DNA of 64,000 nucleotides from Veleropilina oligotropha (Eukaryota): NCBI GenBank assembly GCA_048128005.1, contig JBEUKZ010000054.1, positions 1,488,001 to 1,552,000 of the forward strand, read 5' to 3'. Shown piece by piece: positions 1 to 9,418 of this stretch (position 1 is its first letter; each line of letters starts with the position of its first letter). The notes under the pieces were generated by a model. It saw only the letters and a program-made list of their open reading frames with translations, ran no database searches and was not told where the DNA came from. The position numbers and the translations under genes were made by a program.

Positions 1-602
1 TCTGCGCGACCCTCTAAACGACCTCGCTCAATAAGCTCGCTTTGGGTCTGTGAAATCGCGGTGTGCGCCTTCCTACTCTTATCCCGGATTGATGCCTTCA
101 TGGCTTGGTATTTCTCCATCTCCCCTGTGACCAGTTGGAATTCATCATCAGACATCACCCCGTCCGATAATGCCTTTGAGACGTGGTCGGTTATGGTATT
201 CAGCTTGCTGTCGGCCAGGACTCGAATCTCGTCGTGTTTCTTAGCCTTCACCCCGAGGCGCCGGCTGATATACTTTCCACCCATACTAGCGAGCCCACAC
301 CCTAATGCCGCTAGTTCCAGCACTAGGACGACCGGGGCGGCTACAATTGTGGACAGTAGACCAATTCCAGCGCTACCCATACCAAGTGTGGCGACGACTA
401 GCCCGTTATCTATCCCGTCAACGACGTTAACACCTCGTCGGTACTTTTTATATAGTGCAGCCCGGGCATCCCGTTCTCGCTCTAGCTGTCCCTGAAGCTC
501 ATTCACTTTCTGTAGTCGGAAAGACTGTGCCTCATGCAGTTCCGAAGGCACATCGCCACCAAGCTGTGGGTACAGCGTTGGCGCTGAGGGCTTGTTGTTC
601 AT
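1..602 (-). CDS. Viral hypothetical protein with hydrophobic helical hairpin (3' end runs off window; absent from ORF track)
   Basis: Translated by hand: MNNKPSAPTLYPQL...LYKKYRRGVNVVDGIDNGLVVATLGMGSAGIGLLSTIVAAPVVLVLELAALGCGLASMGGKYISRRL..., open to position 1. Its ATG (602-600) overlaps the upstream TGA (601-599). Confidence 0.8.
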   Translation of the reverse strand, partial: MNNKPSAPTLYPQLGGDVPSELHEAQSFRLQKVNELQGQLERERDARAALYKKYRRGVNVVDGIDNGLVVATLGMGSAGIGLLSTIVAAPVVLVLELAALGCGLASMGGKYISRRLGVKAKKHDEIRVLADSKLNTITDHVSKALSDGVMSDDEFQLVTGEMEKYQAMKASIRDKSRKAHTAISQTQSELIERGRLEGRA

Positions 603-961
603 TGTTCGTGGCTGTATTGTTCAGCCTGTTGATTCCGAATGTCTACCGTTACGGAAACGTTCAAATACATCGTGCCAACCCACGGGGCCTTGACGACGAA
701 GGCGAGGGTCAGCCTGTCCGAATTCAGGCCAAGCGTACTTATGGAACATGCTTTGGGGCCCCCGGCGGGCTGGACCGGCGTCATGTGAATCATTAGGAGG
801 GCTGGGTTCAACCCAAACCGGCCTCCATTATTGGGAAGAAGGAACTCCCTCTTCGCCAGTCCCTTCTTCTTGGGTGCTTCTCCACAATTAAGAACAAAGT
901 GCCACCGGGTCGGGGAAGAGGGCTCATCTGCCCGCAGGGTCCCATAGATGCTGCTGCTCAT
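599..961 (-). CDS. Viral hypothetical protein (120 aa)
   Basis: ATGA start/stop overlaps with both neighbouring minus-strand ORFs. Confidence 0.65.
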   Translation of the reverse strand: MSSSIYGTLRADEPSSPTRWHFVLNCGEAPKKKGLAKREFLLPNNGGRFGLNPALLMIHMTPVQPAGGPKACSISTLGLNSDRLTLAFVVKAPWVGTMYLNVSVTVDIRNQQAEQYSHEQ

Positions 962-1698
962 TGTATCGCAAGGACTGCGGTAATGGGCATGCCGTGATTG
1001 TCTAGCAGGTTACTGTCTGCGTCTGTGACGTACACCTTCAACTCTGTGATTAGCCCGGCCTGTAGTCGCCGGCCGGCGGGATAGCTATGATAGTGGCCAG
1101 CTTCACCGAACATCTGCGACGTGATAGGGACCACCGCGAGAATAGTGCTCGGGGCGCCGTCCTTCACATTGTGCGTTGTACTAAGCTGCTCCAGGTGGAC
1201 GTGCAGGGTTGGCGCTATGGCAAACCCGACAGGCTTATTCCCGTCATAAGTCCCAGGGCGTAGCCACTCGGATCTCTCCGGAGGGGGAGGTGGTTGGCCC
1301 TGTACTCCCCGAACCGGTTGGTTCAGATTCCCTGCTTTATCGAGAATAAACGAAGAGAGGTCTAAGCCGAGGAGTTTTCGTATATCGTCGCTTATCGCGA
1401 GTCGAGTCCCCTCTGGGACCACGATTCGGGCGAGCCCTGTAGCATGGCTTACATCTAGTTGTAGGTTAACTAGCGACCTCTTCATCGTCTTGGCGAGGTC
1501 ATCGAAGCTGTAGAAACCTGGTGCCACGTCGACCGTGGTATCGGGGGTCTTAAAGAAGGCTCCGGCATGCACGTTGTGCCAGCCTACCCAATAGTCGAGC
1601 GACTGCAAGCTGACACATAGCTTGCCGTCCCGGTTATCAATCGGCTCCAGGAGGGCAACCGCGGTCCCCTCTTGAACGTTTGTTAATGTGTGGAACAT
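958..1698 (-). CDS. Minor capsid (penton-like, single jelly-roll) protein
   Basis: PGFYS motif and C-terminal pattern LHVHLEQL...DGAPSTILAVVP...LQAGLITELKVYVTDADSNLLDNHGMPITAVLAI resemble Polinton/adintovirus minor capsid proteins. Likely ATG at 1698 (MFHTLT). Confidence 0.7.
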   Translation of the reverse strand: MFHTLTNVQEGTAVALLEPIDNRDGKLCVSLQSLDYWVGWHNVHAGAFFKTPDTTVDVAPGFYSFDDLAKTMKRSLVNLQLDVSHATGLARIVVPEGTRLAISDDIRKLLGLDLSSFILDKAGNLNQPVRGVQGQPPPPPERSEWLRPGTYDGNKPVGFAIAPTLHVHLEQLSTTHNVKDGAPSTILAVVPITSQMFGEAGHYHSYPAGRRLQAGLITELKVYVTDADSNLLDNHGMPITAVLAIQ

Positions 1699-1705
1699 AG
1701 TAGCT

Positions 1706-3001
1706 ATGGCTAAGAGCGCATTTGTGTTCAATAGGAGTGCGGCCTATCCGACCGGTGTGGTGTACCCAGCAAAGATCAAAGATGAGCAGCTTACGAGACC
1801 AAGCATCAATGTGGGTAATAGCTCAACCACTGCATTCGGGGCAGACTACCCCGACGTATTTCAAAAGTATCGCCTCCCTCACGTCGCTAGTGACGGGCTG
1901 ATAAGGGCTTGGCACAGCACACCGATGCGGTTCTGGCAGAACAAGGTCAACTTCGCAGTATGGTGTGCCACAACAGGTTCCGGGATCTCCTCAGAAGACC
2001 ACTTGAATGCTACTGCAGCCCCCCTCTCCACTGCTGTATTCACCTTCCACGTCTACTATCAGGTCAGAAGGATCTTGACCGAGATTCAGGCGCCGCTGCC
2101 ACAAGACCGGACGTGGGATGCATTCGACACCCCGTATGACCGAAGGGCATATGAAAAGATCTGCAGCGAATTCGGAGTGTCCCCACATACCGACTGGCGT
2201 GTCAAGGGTCCCAACGGCGGACTAGGCACCGCTTACAGCTACTGGACGAACAACGGCTACCACCCCATCGGACGTGAGTATGATCCAAGCCGAATGTCCT
2301 TCACCAAAGGTACGACCAACACGAATCTGCACGTGGACTACATCGCGCAAGCGCCTGCGCTTAAAAACGGTTGGGCTACTTTTATTCTGGACAGGTCGGT
2401 GGGATTCACGAGGGCCGGCGTGGAAAGGCTCAATGATTCCATCAGGACCTACGTCTGGGCTATTCTTGGAGCGCAGGCTCAAACGCGTGCAAGTATTCTG
2501 GGTAGTGGGACGGCATTTGACGCACAGAAACAGTTCCTGGCGAACGTGGAAGACGCCATCGCATCCCCCGTTGACCTCCCTGCTGCGATCCAACGGTACC
2601 AGGACGTTTTGCAGTATGCCAGGTCTAAAGTAGACTTCGTATTCGGCGTCGGCCTTTACATGGCGCCAAGTGACATGCTCCTTCGGATCGGGCAGGTGGC
2701 TGGTTATAACAATGAGATCGTCGTTGCCACGGAAGCCCAGACCCTAGGTCTTAATACTACGGTGAACGCGGCCAATCCTGTGCCGCTCAACGCCACTGGG
2801 GAGACTGGAGAAACAGGATTGGTCATCCCACAAGACGCCGTCTTACCCGCAGATGCGGTCACTCCGAAGCATCGTGGCTCTCTGCCGGCTGTGGCCCCAG
2901 TGGCAGCTGTTTCAGCTGGGGCAACCAAACATGACGAGGATAAAACCGCACTTATCGTGGGTGGCATTGTCGTTGGCCTAGCGTTCATTTGGCTTACGTG
3001 A
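1706..3001 (+). CDS. Viral protein of unknown function with C-terminal transmembrane anchor
   Basis: Long ORF, first ATG at 1706, aromatic-rich globular part, low-complexity linker, ends TALIVGGIVVGLAFIWLT. Confidence 0.8.
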   Translation: MAKSAFVFNRSAAYPTGVVYPAKIKDEQLTRPSINVGNSSTTAFGADYPDVFQKYRLPHVASDGLIRAWHSTPMRFWQNKVNFAVWCATTGSGISSEDHLNATAAPLSTAVFTFHVYYQVRRILTEIQAPLPQDRTWDAFDTPYDRRAYEKICSEFGVSPHTDWRVKGPNGGLGTAYSYWTNNGYHPIGREYDPSRMSFTKGTTNTNLHVDYIAQAPALKNGWATFILDRSVGFTRAGVERLNDSIRTYVWAILGAQAQTRASILGSGTAFDAQKQFLANVEDAIASPVDLPAAIQRYQDVLQYARSKVDFVFGVGLYMAPSDMLLRIGQVAGYNNEIVVATEAQTLGLNTTVNAANPVPLNATGETGETGLVIPQDAVLPADAVTPKHRGSLPAVAPVAAVSAGATKHDEDKTALIVGGIVVGLAFIWLT

Positions 3002-4307
3002 CCCACTGTCTAGCGGCAATAAGAAGCAAGCCCCCAACTGATATGACCAGTGCCCATAGGTTTTCAGCGAGCCACGATGCTGTCTTGCCAATCAGGTTGA
3101 TTAGCCAGGAGACCAGGCTTCCAAGTATTCCTGGGAGCGCGGCTGCGGCCTTCCCTGCTAGTTTGCCTAGAATCCTTCCCAAGTTCTGCAGCTGCTTTTT
3201 GACCCACTCCTTGACCCCCCCCTGACCACTGGGAGGTGGTGGTGTTGGTGGTATGCTCGGCGCTCCGCCTGTCAGGGCTAGTACCAACGTCGAGATGGCC
3301 AACCCAATAGCAGTCAGTATTGTTGCGATCGTAACCCCTTGCTCGCGGAACAGGGTCCGGATACGCTCGGCCAGCGTTGTGTCGGTGTTCAGGATCCGAC
3401 TTATCATCTCTCGGATCCGGCTGATTTGAGAGCGACGGGCCTCCCGGCTTGATGATGCTGCCTCTAGGCGAGCTGCTCTTTCATCATTCAGGTCGCGCAG
3501 ACGTTCCGCGATCCGTCGACGGATGAACTCATCCACACCGCCCTCTTCATCTGCCTGATCGAGCTTCATCTTCTCCAGCTCTATGTGTTCGTCCAGCGCC
3601 GTTAGTTTGGCTAGATTGTTGGTTAGTTCGCCTCGGATGGTCTGCATCGCCTTGTCAAGTCCGCGAAGCTCGCGAAGATTTAATGGAGGGTCCCCCATTG
3701 TGCCTAAGATCTCTTCAACCTCGGTATCAGTGAATTTCGTCTCCATCGTGTGGATTGCTACCGAGGCATCAGTAGCAGTCTGCCCCAAGTCCCGCAGTTC
3801 TACGTTTTCGACATTAGCGGCCGCACCGCTCAACTCGTTGTCGGCTGTCTGAAGAGCTGCAACCGCTTTTGAGGACGGCTTTTGTCCCCCCCGCGTCCAG
3901 TGTACAAAACCCAACCCTTCACGGATTGCATCACCCCCACCAGGCCGGCCAGCTATTGTTGACAACGCCAAGGGGTTGCCGGTGCGAGAATTTATGAGAT
4001 TGATGTCGGGGTAGTCCGTCATCACCAATTTCCCCCCCCTCCCTAATTTTCCCCTCACATACTTGAATTGTGAATAATCTCGCCCCATGGCTGGGGTCTG
4101 CCCCTCCTGTGCCAGGGCTTTGTAGTAGTCGTCAACCACGCCCTGAACGAGCTCTTGCTGAAGACTGCTGGTTCCTTCCTGTGGCCGTTCCGAAAGAACA
4201 GGCATAAACCGGTCGGTGGATAGATCCACATCAGTATCGTCGATGATGGTATCATCGTTGTCGATGAGATCGTCCGGCTCGAATGCGGGGTTCTCGAATT
4301 CCGCCAT
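2994..4307 (-). CDS. Viral coiled-coil protein with hydrophobic C-terminal segments
   Basis: 437 aa: acidic N-terminus, long heptad-rich region, hydrophobic VTIATILTAIGLAISTLVLAL, Pro-rich hinge, terminal LWALVISVGGLLLIAA. Confidence 0.8.
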   Translation of the reverse strand: MAEFENPAFEPDDLIDNDDTIIDDTDVDLSTDRFMPVLSERPQEGTSSLQQELVQGVVDDYYKALAQEGQTPAMGRDYSQFKYVRGKLGRGGKLVMTDYPDINLINSRTGNPLALSTIAGRPGGGDAIREGLGFVHWTRGGQKPSSKAVAALQTADNELSGAAANVENVELRDLGQTATDASVAIHTMETKFTDTEVEEILGTMGDPPLNLRELRGLDKAMQTIRGELTNNLAKLTALDEHIELEKMKLDQADEEGGVDEFIRRRIAERLRDLNDERAARLEAASSSREARRSQISRIREMISRILNTDTTLAERIRTLFREQGVTIATILTAIGLAISTLVLALTGGAPSIPPTPPPPSGQGGVKEWVKKQLQNLGRILGKLAGKAAAALPGILGSLVSWLINLIGKTASWLAENLWALVISVGGLLLIAARQWVT

Positions 4308-4343
4308 TTGAATACATCAGTGGGATACGCATCTAATTCAGCC

Positions 4344-5645
4344 ATGACTAGCGTATACGGACGCAAGCTTAATCCATACCGCAGGCTGCGTGAGCCCCTC
4401 GCAGTCAAGGGCATCCGCCAGTCGGTCACGATTACAAACAATCCATCAACGATTTCCGCCAACCAGCAGCTCCTGGTTCGATTCCCTAATCTCGGGGCGA
4501 ATGACGTGATCGTTCCAGGGACTGCCCACCTCGCATTTACCATCTCTCTGACCTCGGTAAATGCGAATAGGACTGTAGTGCAAAATATCGGCCGTGCCGT
4601 GATCAGAAAGACCACGATAAAGATAAGTGGAAACGAGATCATGTCGATTGACGACTCCGACGTGTACCACTGCTACTGCGATCTCTGGAAGACCACAGGG
4701 GAGCGCAAGAACGCCCAGTACCAGGGGATTGATACCAGCGATGGACACAACACTACGAAGCATCGTGTTGGTGCGGCAGACGCCTTTAGACTGTCTGAGG
4801 ATGTCGCGGTCGCGGCCGCGTACGGTAACCGATTCCGCATCCCGCTGGATTTCGAGCTGTTGGAAAGTCACATGCCATTCTATCAAAGCGCCCTTGGAGA
4901 CCGTCTCGAGTATGAGCTAACGTTCAACGACTACTCCCGGACTATCCGGGAGACGGACGACTCCGGTTCCAGCTATTCCATCGACAATATATCCCTCGAA
5001 TATGACATGGTAACCCAATCCGAGCTTGCCAGACGGATTCGAAATCAATACCAGGGTCAACTCGTAATCCTGTACGACCGTGTTCTCCGGCATCGGAAGC
5101 TCACCCTAGACAAGAGCGACTCGTTGTGGAATATGAATGTGAACGTACCGGCGAGGTCGATGAAAGGAATACTACTGTTGTTCGAGGACCCTGCGAGAGA
5201 CGCCGCGCCATTCTCTCGCGATACTGAGGCCTTCTATAATCCGAAGATCACAAAGGTCGAGGTCACAATCGAGGGTGTCCCGAATCAAATCTACAGCCAG
5301 GGCATGCGAACATACCAGATCTGGGAAGAAGCCAAGAAAATGTTCGCCTCCGGCTGCAGCAAGCGGCATCCTGAGGTCGCGATGGTCGCAAAGGACTTGG
5401 AGATGGCAGACGTCACCCTGGGCGAATTTCTGACTAAGAAATTTGCGCTCTGGATCGATATGCGGGTAACTGACGACGATCAGTTGCACGGGTCAGGCCG
5501 GAGGGTCGAGAACGCCAGCGAAGGCATTACTATTCAGATCACTAAAACAGCCGAAGCGGCCGGTCCACTGAACGTCTACGAGTTCGTGATCATGGACGCA
5601 CAGCTGAATATCGAGAATGGCCGATTCGTCGAAGCACTGTACTAA
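4344..5645 (+). CDS. Major capsid protein (double jelly-roll, Polinton-like)
   Basis: About 430 aa, beta-strand-rich (QQLLVRFP, LAFTISL, IGRAVIRKTTIKISGNEI, LEYELTF, ITKVEVTIEG), immediately upstream of the packaging ATPase. ATG at 4344. Confidence 0.78.
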   Translation: MTSVYGRKLNPYRRLREPLAVKGIRQSVTITNNPSTISANQQLLVRFPNLGANDVIVPGTAHLAFTISLTSVNANRTVVQNIGRAVIRKTTIKISGNEIMSIDDSDVYHCYCDLWKTTGERKNAQYQGIDTSDGHNTTKHRVGAADAFRLSEDVAVAAAYGNRFRIPLDFELLESHMPFYQSALGDRLEYELTFNDYSRTIRETDDSGSSYSIDNISLEYDMVTQSELARRIRNQYQGQLVILYDRVLRHRKLTLDKSDSLWNMNVNVPARSMKGILLLFEDPARDAAPFSRDTEAFYNPKITKVEVTIEGVPNQIYSQGMRTYQIWEEAKKMFASGCSKRHPEVAMVAKDLEMADVTLGEFLTKKFALWIDMRVTDDDQLHGSGRRVENASEGITIQITKTAEAAGPLNVYEFVIMDAQLNIENGRFVEALY

Positions 5646-6249
5646 ACGATTTCCGCACACCAAGGACCCCCACTCCGCAATCATCTGCGGCCAGACGGGC
5701 TGTGGGAAGACGGTTTTCATGCTTGAACTGCTGGAAGGGGAGTATCGAGGCGTCTTCCGGCATATCGTGGTCCTCTGCCCCACGATCAAGTACAACAAAG
5801 CATACCAGTCTTGTCCGTGGATCTGGACCGACCCTGAGGTGTATTTAGTCCCCCCGGGTGAGCGACTCCATGACTGGCTGCGGGGGTTCTACCGACTGTT
5901 TCAGGGGGAATCAACTTTATATATCATCGACGACTGCGCCGCGAGCAAGGCTATGGCAAAGAGGAGGGACATGCTGACTTTGTTGGCCTTCAGCGGCAGG
6001 CATGCTTCCCAGAGCGTATGGGTAGTGACGCAAAAGTACAACTCGGTCTTGAAGGAGCTCAGAGAGCAGACCCGCTGGGTCGCGCTGTTCCATTGCAAGG
6101 ACCGCGACAGTTTCGAGGACTGTCTGCGCGAGAACGATGTAATCCCGTCGCAGGATGAACGGACCGAGGTTCGCCGGCTGTTGGCCGAGACACGACACGC
6201 TAAGCTTCTGTTGAAAACTGATCAGCCCGTTGCTTATAGTGTGCTATAG
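5617..6249 (+). CDS. A32/FtsK-like genome packaging ATPase
   Basis: Walker A GQTGCGKT, Walker B LYIIDD, and the A32 signature SGRH...SVWVVTQKY. Confidence 0.92.
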   Translation: MADSSKHCTKRFPHTKDPHSAIICGQTGCGKTVFMLELLEGEYRGVFRHIVVLCPTIKYNKAYQSCPWIWTDPEVYLVPPGERLHDWLRGFYRLFQGESTLYIIDDCAASKAMAKRRDMLTLLAFSGRHASQSVWVVTQKYNSVLKELREQTRWVALFHCKDRDSFEDCLRENDVIPSQDERTEVRRLLAETRHAKLLLKTDQPVAYSVL

Positions 6250-6260
6250 CTACCCAGCAG

Positions 6261-7046
6261 ATGCTAAGTAGCTGCCCAGCAAGCTCTCGCATGTCGGACG
6301 CTGTATATCTAGCTTTTGCTTTCAGCCAGAGCCTGATCTTGCTCCTACTCGCTACATTGTGGTATTGGATTTACAGTTATATTAGACCGGTGAGGCGATG
6401 CTGGAAACGCTTCAGGATGGACAGCCTCATCGATCAACTCATGGATGACGAACAAGAAACGACCATCAACAGCTGTCGCTTGACTCCCGATGGCAAGGAA
6501 CCTGTCAGTAACAGTGGAGTCGCAAGTTCCGTTTGCGCGGCAAAGCGTGAGAGGCTTGCAGCCTTAGCCGTTGGAGGACAGGCCCACCGATACATGGGGC
6601 GTAACCTCACAGTGGACCGGATAGACGACATGACTGACGACGAGGTCGAAAAGCACCACGCGAGGTATGAAGCGAAACTCGGTGCCGATGTGACGAAGAC
6701 TCTGGGGACTTCAGCTATTCATCTCTACGCGGGGGCAGCTGGGATGTTCCTGCCCATTCCACCAGCAAACCAGCTACGATTGATCGCCGACCTGGAGGCC
6801 GACCCGTTCATCTCACATGCCCTGACCACTGCAAGCTGTGAGCTGTATTATAAATATGGCATGTACCTCGCACCGCTGACCGCAGCGTTGACCACGGCTA
6901 AGCACTGCCAATTTGGACATGTTTGCCCGCCTAAGATACCAGATCAAGATGACAACGCCGGAAGTGGACCAAGTGATCGAGAGACAGCCGATCGAGAGCC
7001 AGCCGATAGAGAGGGTGACTTCTTCGACGGACTCATCAGTGAGTAA
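6261..7046 (+). CDS. Viral hypothetical protein (start uncertain)
   Basis: 261-aa ORF in the plus-strand gene block, with an N-terminal hydrophobic stretch and a helical core. Confidence 0.7.
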   Translation: MLSSCPASSRMSDAVYLAFAFSQSLILLLLATLWYWIYSYIRPVRRCWKRFRMDSLIDQLMDDEQETTINSCRLTPDGKEPVSNSGVASSVCAAKRERLAALAVGGQAHRYMGRNLTVDRIDDMTDDEVEKHHARYEAKLGADVTKTLGTSAIHLYAGAAGMFLPIPPANQLRLIADLEADPFISHALTTASCELYYKYGMYLAPLTAALTTAKHCQFGHVCPPKIPDQDDNAGSGPSDRETADREPADREGDFFDGLISE

Positions 7047-7440
7047 AAAGGACCCGAAAAAAGTGGCTGCAGGGAGGGCCGGCGCTGCTGCTCGAAAAGC
7101 CAAGCAGGAGAAGCTACTGGCCGCGGTTCGAAAAATGAAAGAAGACCTGAGTGCCCCAACAAGTGTTGTCGTTCCATCAGAACAGCCCGGGGAGGCGGTT
7201 CCAGCCGCAGAAAGACCGCGTGCGCCAGATACACGGAAATCGGACCTATTTAATTGGACCCAGGTAGCCGTCGCTGCCGGTACGGTTGCGTTGGTATTTG
7301 TTGTCTGGAAGACGTCCTCAGAACGCAGCAACCCTGGTCCATCCACACCACATCAACAGCCACCAGACGCGGACGCTAGGCAGCCTCGGGCCGCCCCCAC
7401 TATCGAATTGAAGAAGCAGAACCCTTTTCATATGCAATAG
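6949..7440 (+). CDS. Viral hypothetical basic protein with one predicted TM segment
   Basis: ATG at 6949; basic KKDPKKVAAGRAGAAARKAK; hydrophobic VAVAAGTVALVFVVW. Confidence 0.7.
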   Translation: MTTPEVDQVIERQPIESQPIERVTSSTDSSVSKKDPKKVAAGRAGAAARKAKQEKLLAAVRKMKEDLSAPTSVVVPSEQPGEAVPAAERPRAPDTRKSDLFNWTQVAVAAGTVALVFVVWKTSSERSNPGPSTPHQQPPDADARQPRAAPTIELKKQNPFHMQ

Positions 7441-7465
7441 TCGCAAACGGTACTAATCAACAGTT

Positions 7466-7705
7466 ATGACTACCCCAATCACTGATGGAAAGATGCTCGG
7501 CAACGCTGTATACCATGCCGCTATAGTGTCAGGCCTCGCCATAGGCTACGCACGCCTGACAAAGATGGTATTCAAGGGAGCGAGCCCCAAACTGGACTTC
7601 ACGGGCTACGATGTCGGGATGGTCGTCCTCGACGTAGCGCTCGCCATGGCGACGAAAGACATGCTGATCAAGCAAGGCATCATTCCGGCCGATATATTGA
7701 AGTAG
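7466..7705 (+). CDS. Small viral hydrophobic protein (79 aa)
   Basis: Fills the gap between neighbouring ORFs; two hydrophobic helices. Confidence 0.7.
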   Translation: MTTPITDGKMLGNAVYHAAIVSGLAIGYARLTKMVFKGASPKLDFTGYDVGMVVLDVALAMATKDMLIKQGIIPADILK

Positions 7706-7736
7706 TGGGACCTTGCTAGATAATCGCAGCATTTCA

Positions 7737-8165
7737 ATGGCTTCCATTGCGATGCTGGTTGGGGGCGCTCTCGTCAACGCCCTCGCCTTCAGCGGCTCCA
7801 ACTTCCTCTTCTCGAAGCTACGCAGCTCCGGTGTCGATGCGGAGCGTAAACGCCACGACATTGCTGTAGAACAGCTCAACGCTGCTCAGACTAAATGGTC
7901 ACAACAGAGGGCAGAGCGTCTCGACTGGCTGAACGTTGAACTTCGCCGCCAGGGTCATGCCGTTGGCACATTCCGGGATGTTGACGCCGCGATCCGTGAG
8001 TATGCATTGATCACCGGCAAGAACCTTGACCCCGGCCTGGGGGGTGGCCCTGAGCCCGCCCTGTCTGACTACTACACACCGAGCGATGGCCAGAAGGGAC
8101 GTGAGATCACCTTCATCATCCTGGGGATGGCTGCGACCGGGTTGGTCGCCTACAAGCTCGCCTAA
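7737..8165 (+). CDS. Viral hypothetical protein with hydrophobic N- and C-termini
   Basis: MASIAMLVGGALVNALAFSGSNFLFS...ITFIILGMAATGLVAYKLA; ATG at 7737. Confidence 0.75.
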   Translation: MASIAMLVGGALVNALAFSGSNFLFSKLRSSGVDAERKRHDIAVEQLNAAQTKWSQQRAERLDWLNVELRRQGHAVGTFRDVDAAIREYALITGKNLDPGLGGGPEPALSDYYTPSDGQKGREITFIILGMAATGLVAYKLA

Positions 8166-8205
8166 TTATTTCCAGTGGACATTTTTTTCGTTGGCATGTA
8201 TAGTA

Positions 8206-8427
8206 ATGGGGCTCCCAGAAGAGCTGTACTGCGCTATGCTTGCGGTCGGCTATAGTACTACGTTACTCGACTGCTGGCGCCGCGACGAAAAGACTATGGT
8301 GCGGTTCGCGGTCCTGGTGCTCTCGGGCCCGACCAACCTACGGGCGACGACTGCGCAGCGACCGGCTCCGGAAGCTGAAGCCTGTTGGAGACTGATCAGT
8401 TTACTGGAATACATTGCTGATGGATAG
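8206..8427 (+). CDS. Small viral hypothetical protein
   Basis: ATG at 8206 (MGLPEELY...), fills the gap before the integrase and overlaps its start. Confidence 0.45.
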   Translation: MGLPEELYCAMLAVGYSTTLLDCWRRDEKTMVRFAVLVLSGPTNLRATTAQRPAPEAEACWRLISLLEYIADG

Positions 8428-9418
8428 TAAGCTTGCGAGGATGTACTACAGCCCTAAGGGCTACTGGAAAGGCATTGCCGCGATAAAGAAACTAGCTGAC
8501 GCTGCCAAGGCGTCTGAAGTGGAGGCCCGGACATGGCTTAAGAGGCAGGCTATATGGCAGATCTATTTACCTGCGCCACGGCGGATTCCAAGACCAAAAT
8601 TCGACGTCGTAACGCCAAACGAGGTTCACCAAGCCGACCTCCTGTTTCTCCCCCATGACAAGGTCAGACACAAGACCTATAAGTACGCTTTGACTGTGGT
8701 TGATGTGGCCAGTCGCTTTAAAGAGGCTGAGCCTCTGGTCACAAAAGAGGCCAAAGGGGTTGCTGAAGCACTAGCCCGAATCTACAGGCGGAGTCCTCTT
8801 GGCTGGCCGAAACTGCTTCAAGTCGATCCAGGGCGAGAGTTTATGGGCGCGGTTTCCCAGCTGCTGGCAAAGAATAACGTCGAGGTTAGGCGTGGCCGTG
8901 TGGATATCCATCGCGATCAGGGCATTGTGGAGCGCTTCAACCGGACGCTCGCTGAGCGGCTCTTCGGGCACCAGTATGCAACAGAGATGCGGTTTGCAGA
9001 GTCTGCGAAAGAGGGTCAAAGGTCAACTGAGTGGGTCGCCCGGTTAGCAGCTGTAGTTGCGGCCTTGAATGGGGAAGTGACCAGGCTGACCGGTAAAAAG
9101 CCCAAGGACGCCATCAAGGCACCTCGCGTTGCCCAAAAGCCAGGTGCCACTGTTCCAGGCCGACAGGGGAAGGAACAGAAACTCCCCTCTGACGTAGATG
9201 TTCGCTACCTTTACTACGATGGTGAGCTGGAGGGGGGTCATCGCCGTGCTACTGACCCGGTGTGGTCTCTAAAAGTTTACAGGCTTGGACGCTCCGTCAC
9301 TAAGCCTGACGAGCCTGTGCTCTACTACTTGCTGGATGGACCACCGCGTGGCTTCGTTCGTGAGGAACTTCTCGTGGTGCCTCGTGATACCCAGCTGCCG
9401 CCGGTGCTCAGGCGTTAA
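8420..9418 (+). CDS. Retroviral-like (rve, DDE) integrase, Polinton type
   Basis: HQADLL (D), LTVVDVASRF, LQVDPGREF (D), GIVERFNRTL (E); C-terminal W...Y...YYL...F.REEL region typical of Polinton c-integrases. Confidence 0.95.
   Translation: MDSKLARMYYSPKGYWKGIAAIKKLADAAKASEVEARTWLKRQAIWQIYLPAPRRIPRPKFDVVTPNEVHQADLLFLPHDKVRHKTYKYALTVVDVASRFKEAEPLVTKEAKGVAEALARIYRRSPLGWPKLLQVDPGREFMGAVSQLLAKNNVEVRRGRVDIHRDQGIVERFNRTLAERLFGHQYATEMRFAESAKEGQRSTEWVARLAAVVAALNGEVTRLTGKKPKDAIKAPRVAQKPGATVPGRQGKEQKLPSDVDVRYLYYDGELEGGHRRATDPVWSLKVYRLGRSVTKPDEPVLYYLLDGPPRGFVREELLVVPRDTQLPPVLRR

Noticed and set aside
61..796. Plus-strand ORFs 61-495 and 455-796
   Set aside because: Antisense to better-supported, ATGA-coupled minus-strand genes.
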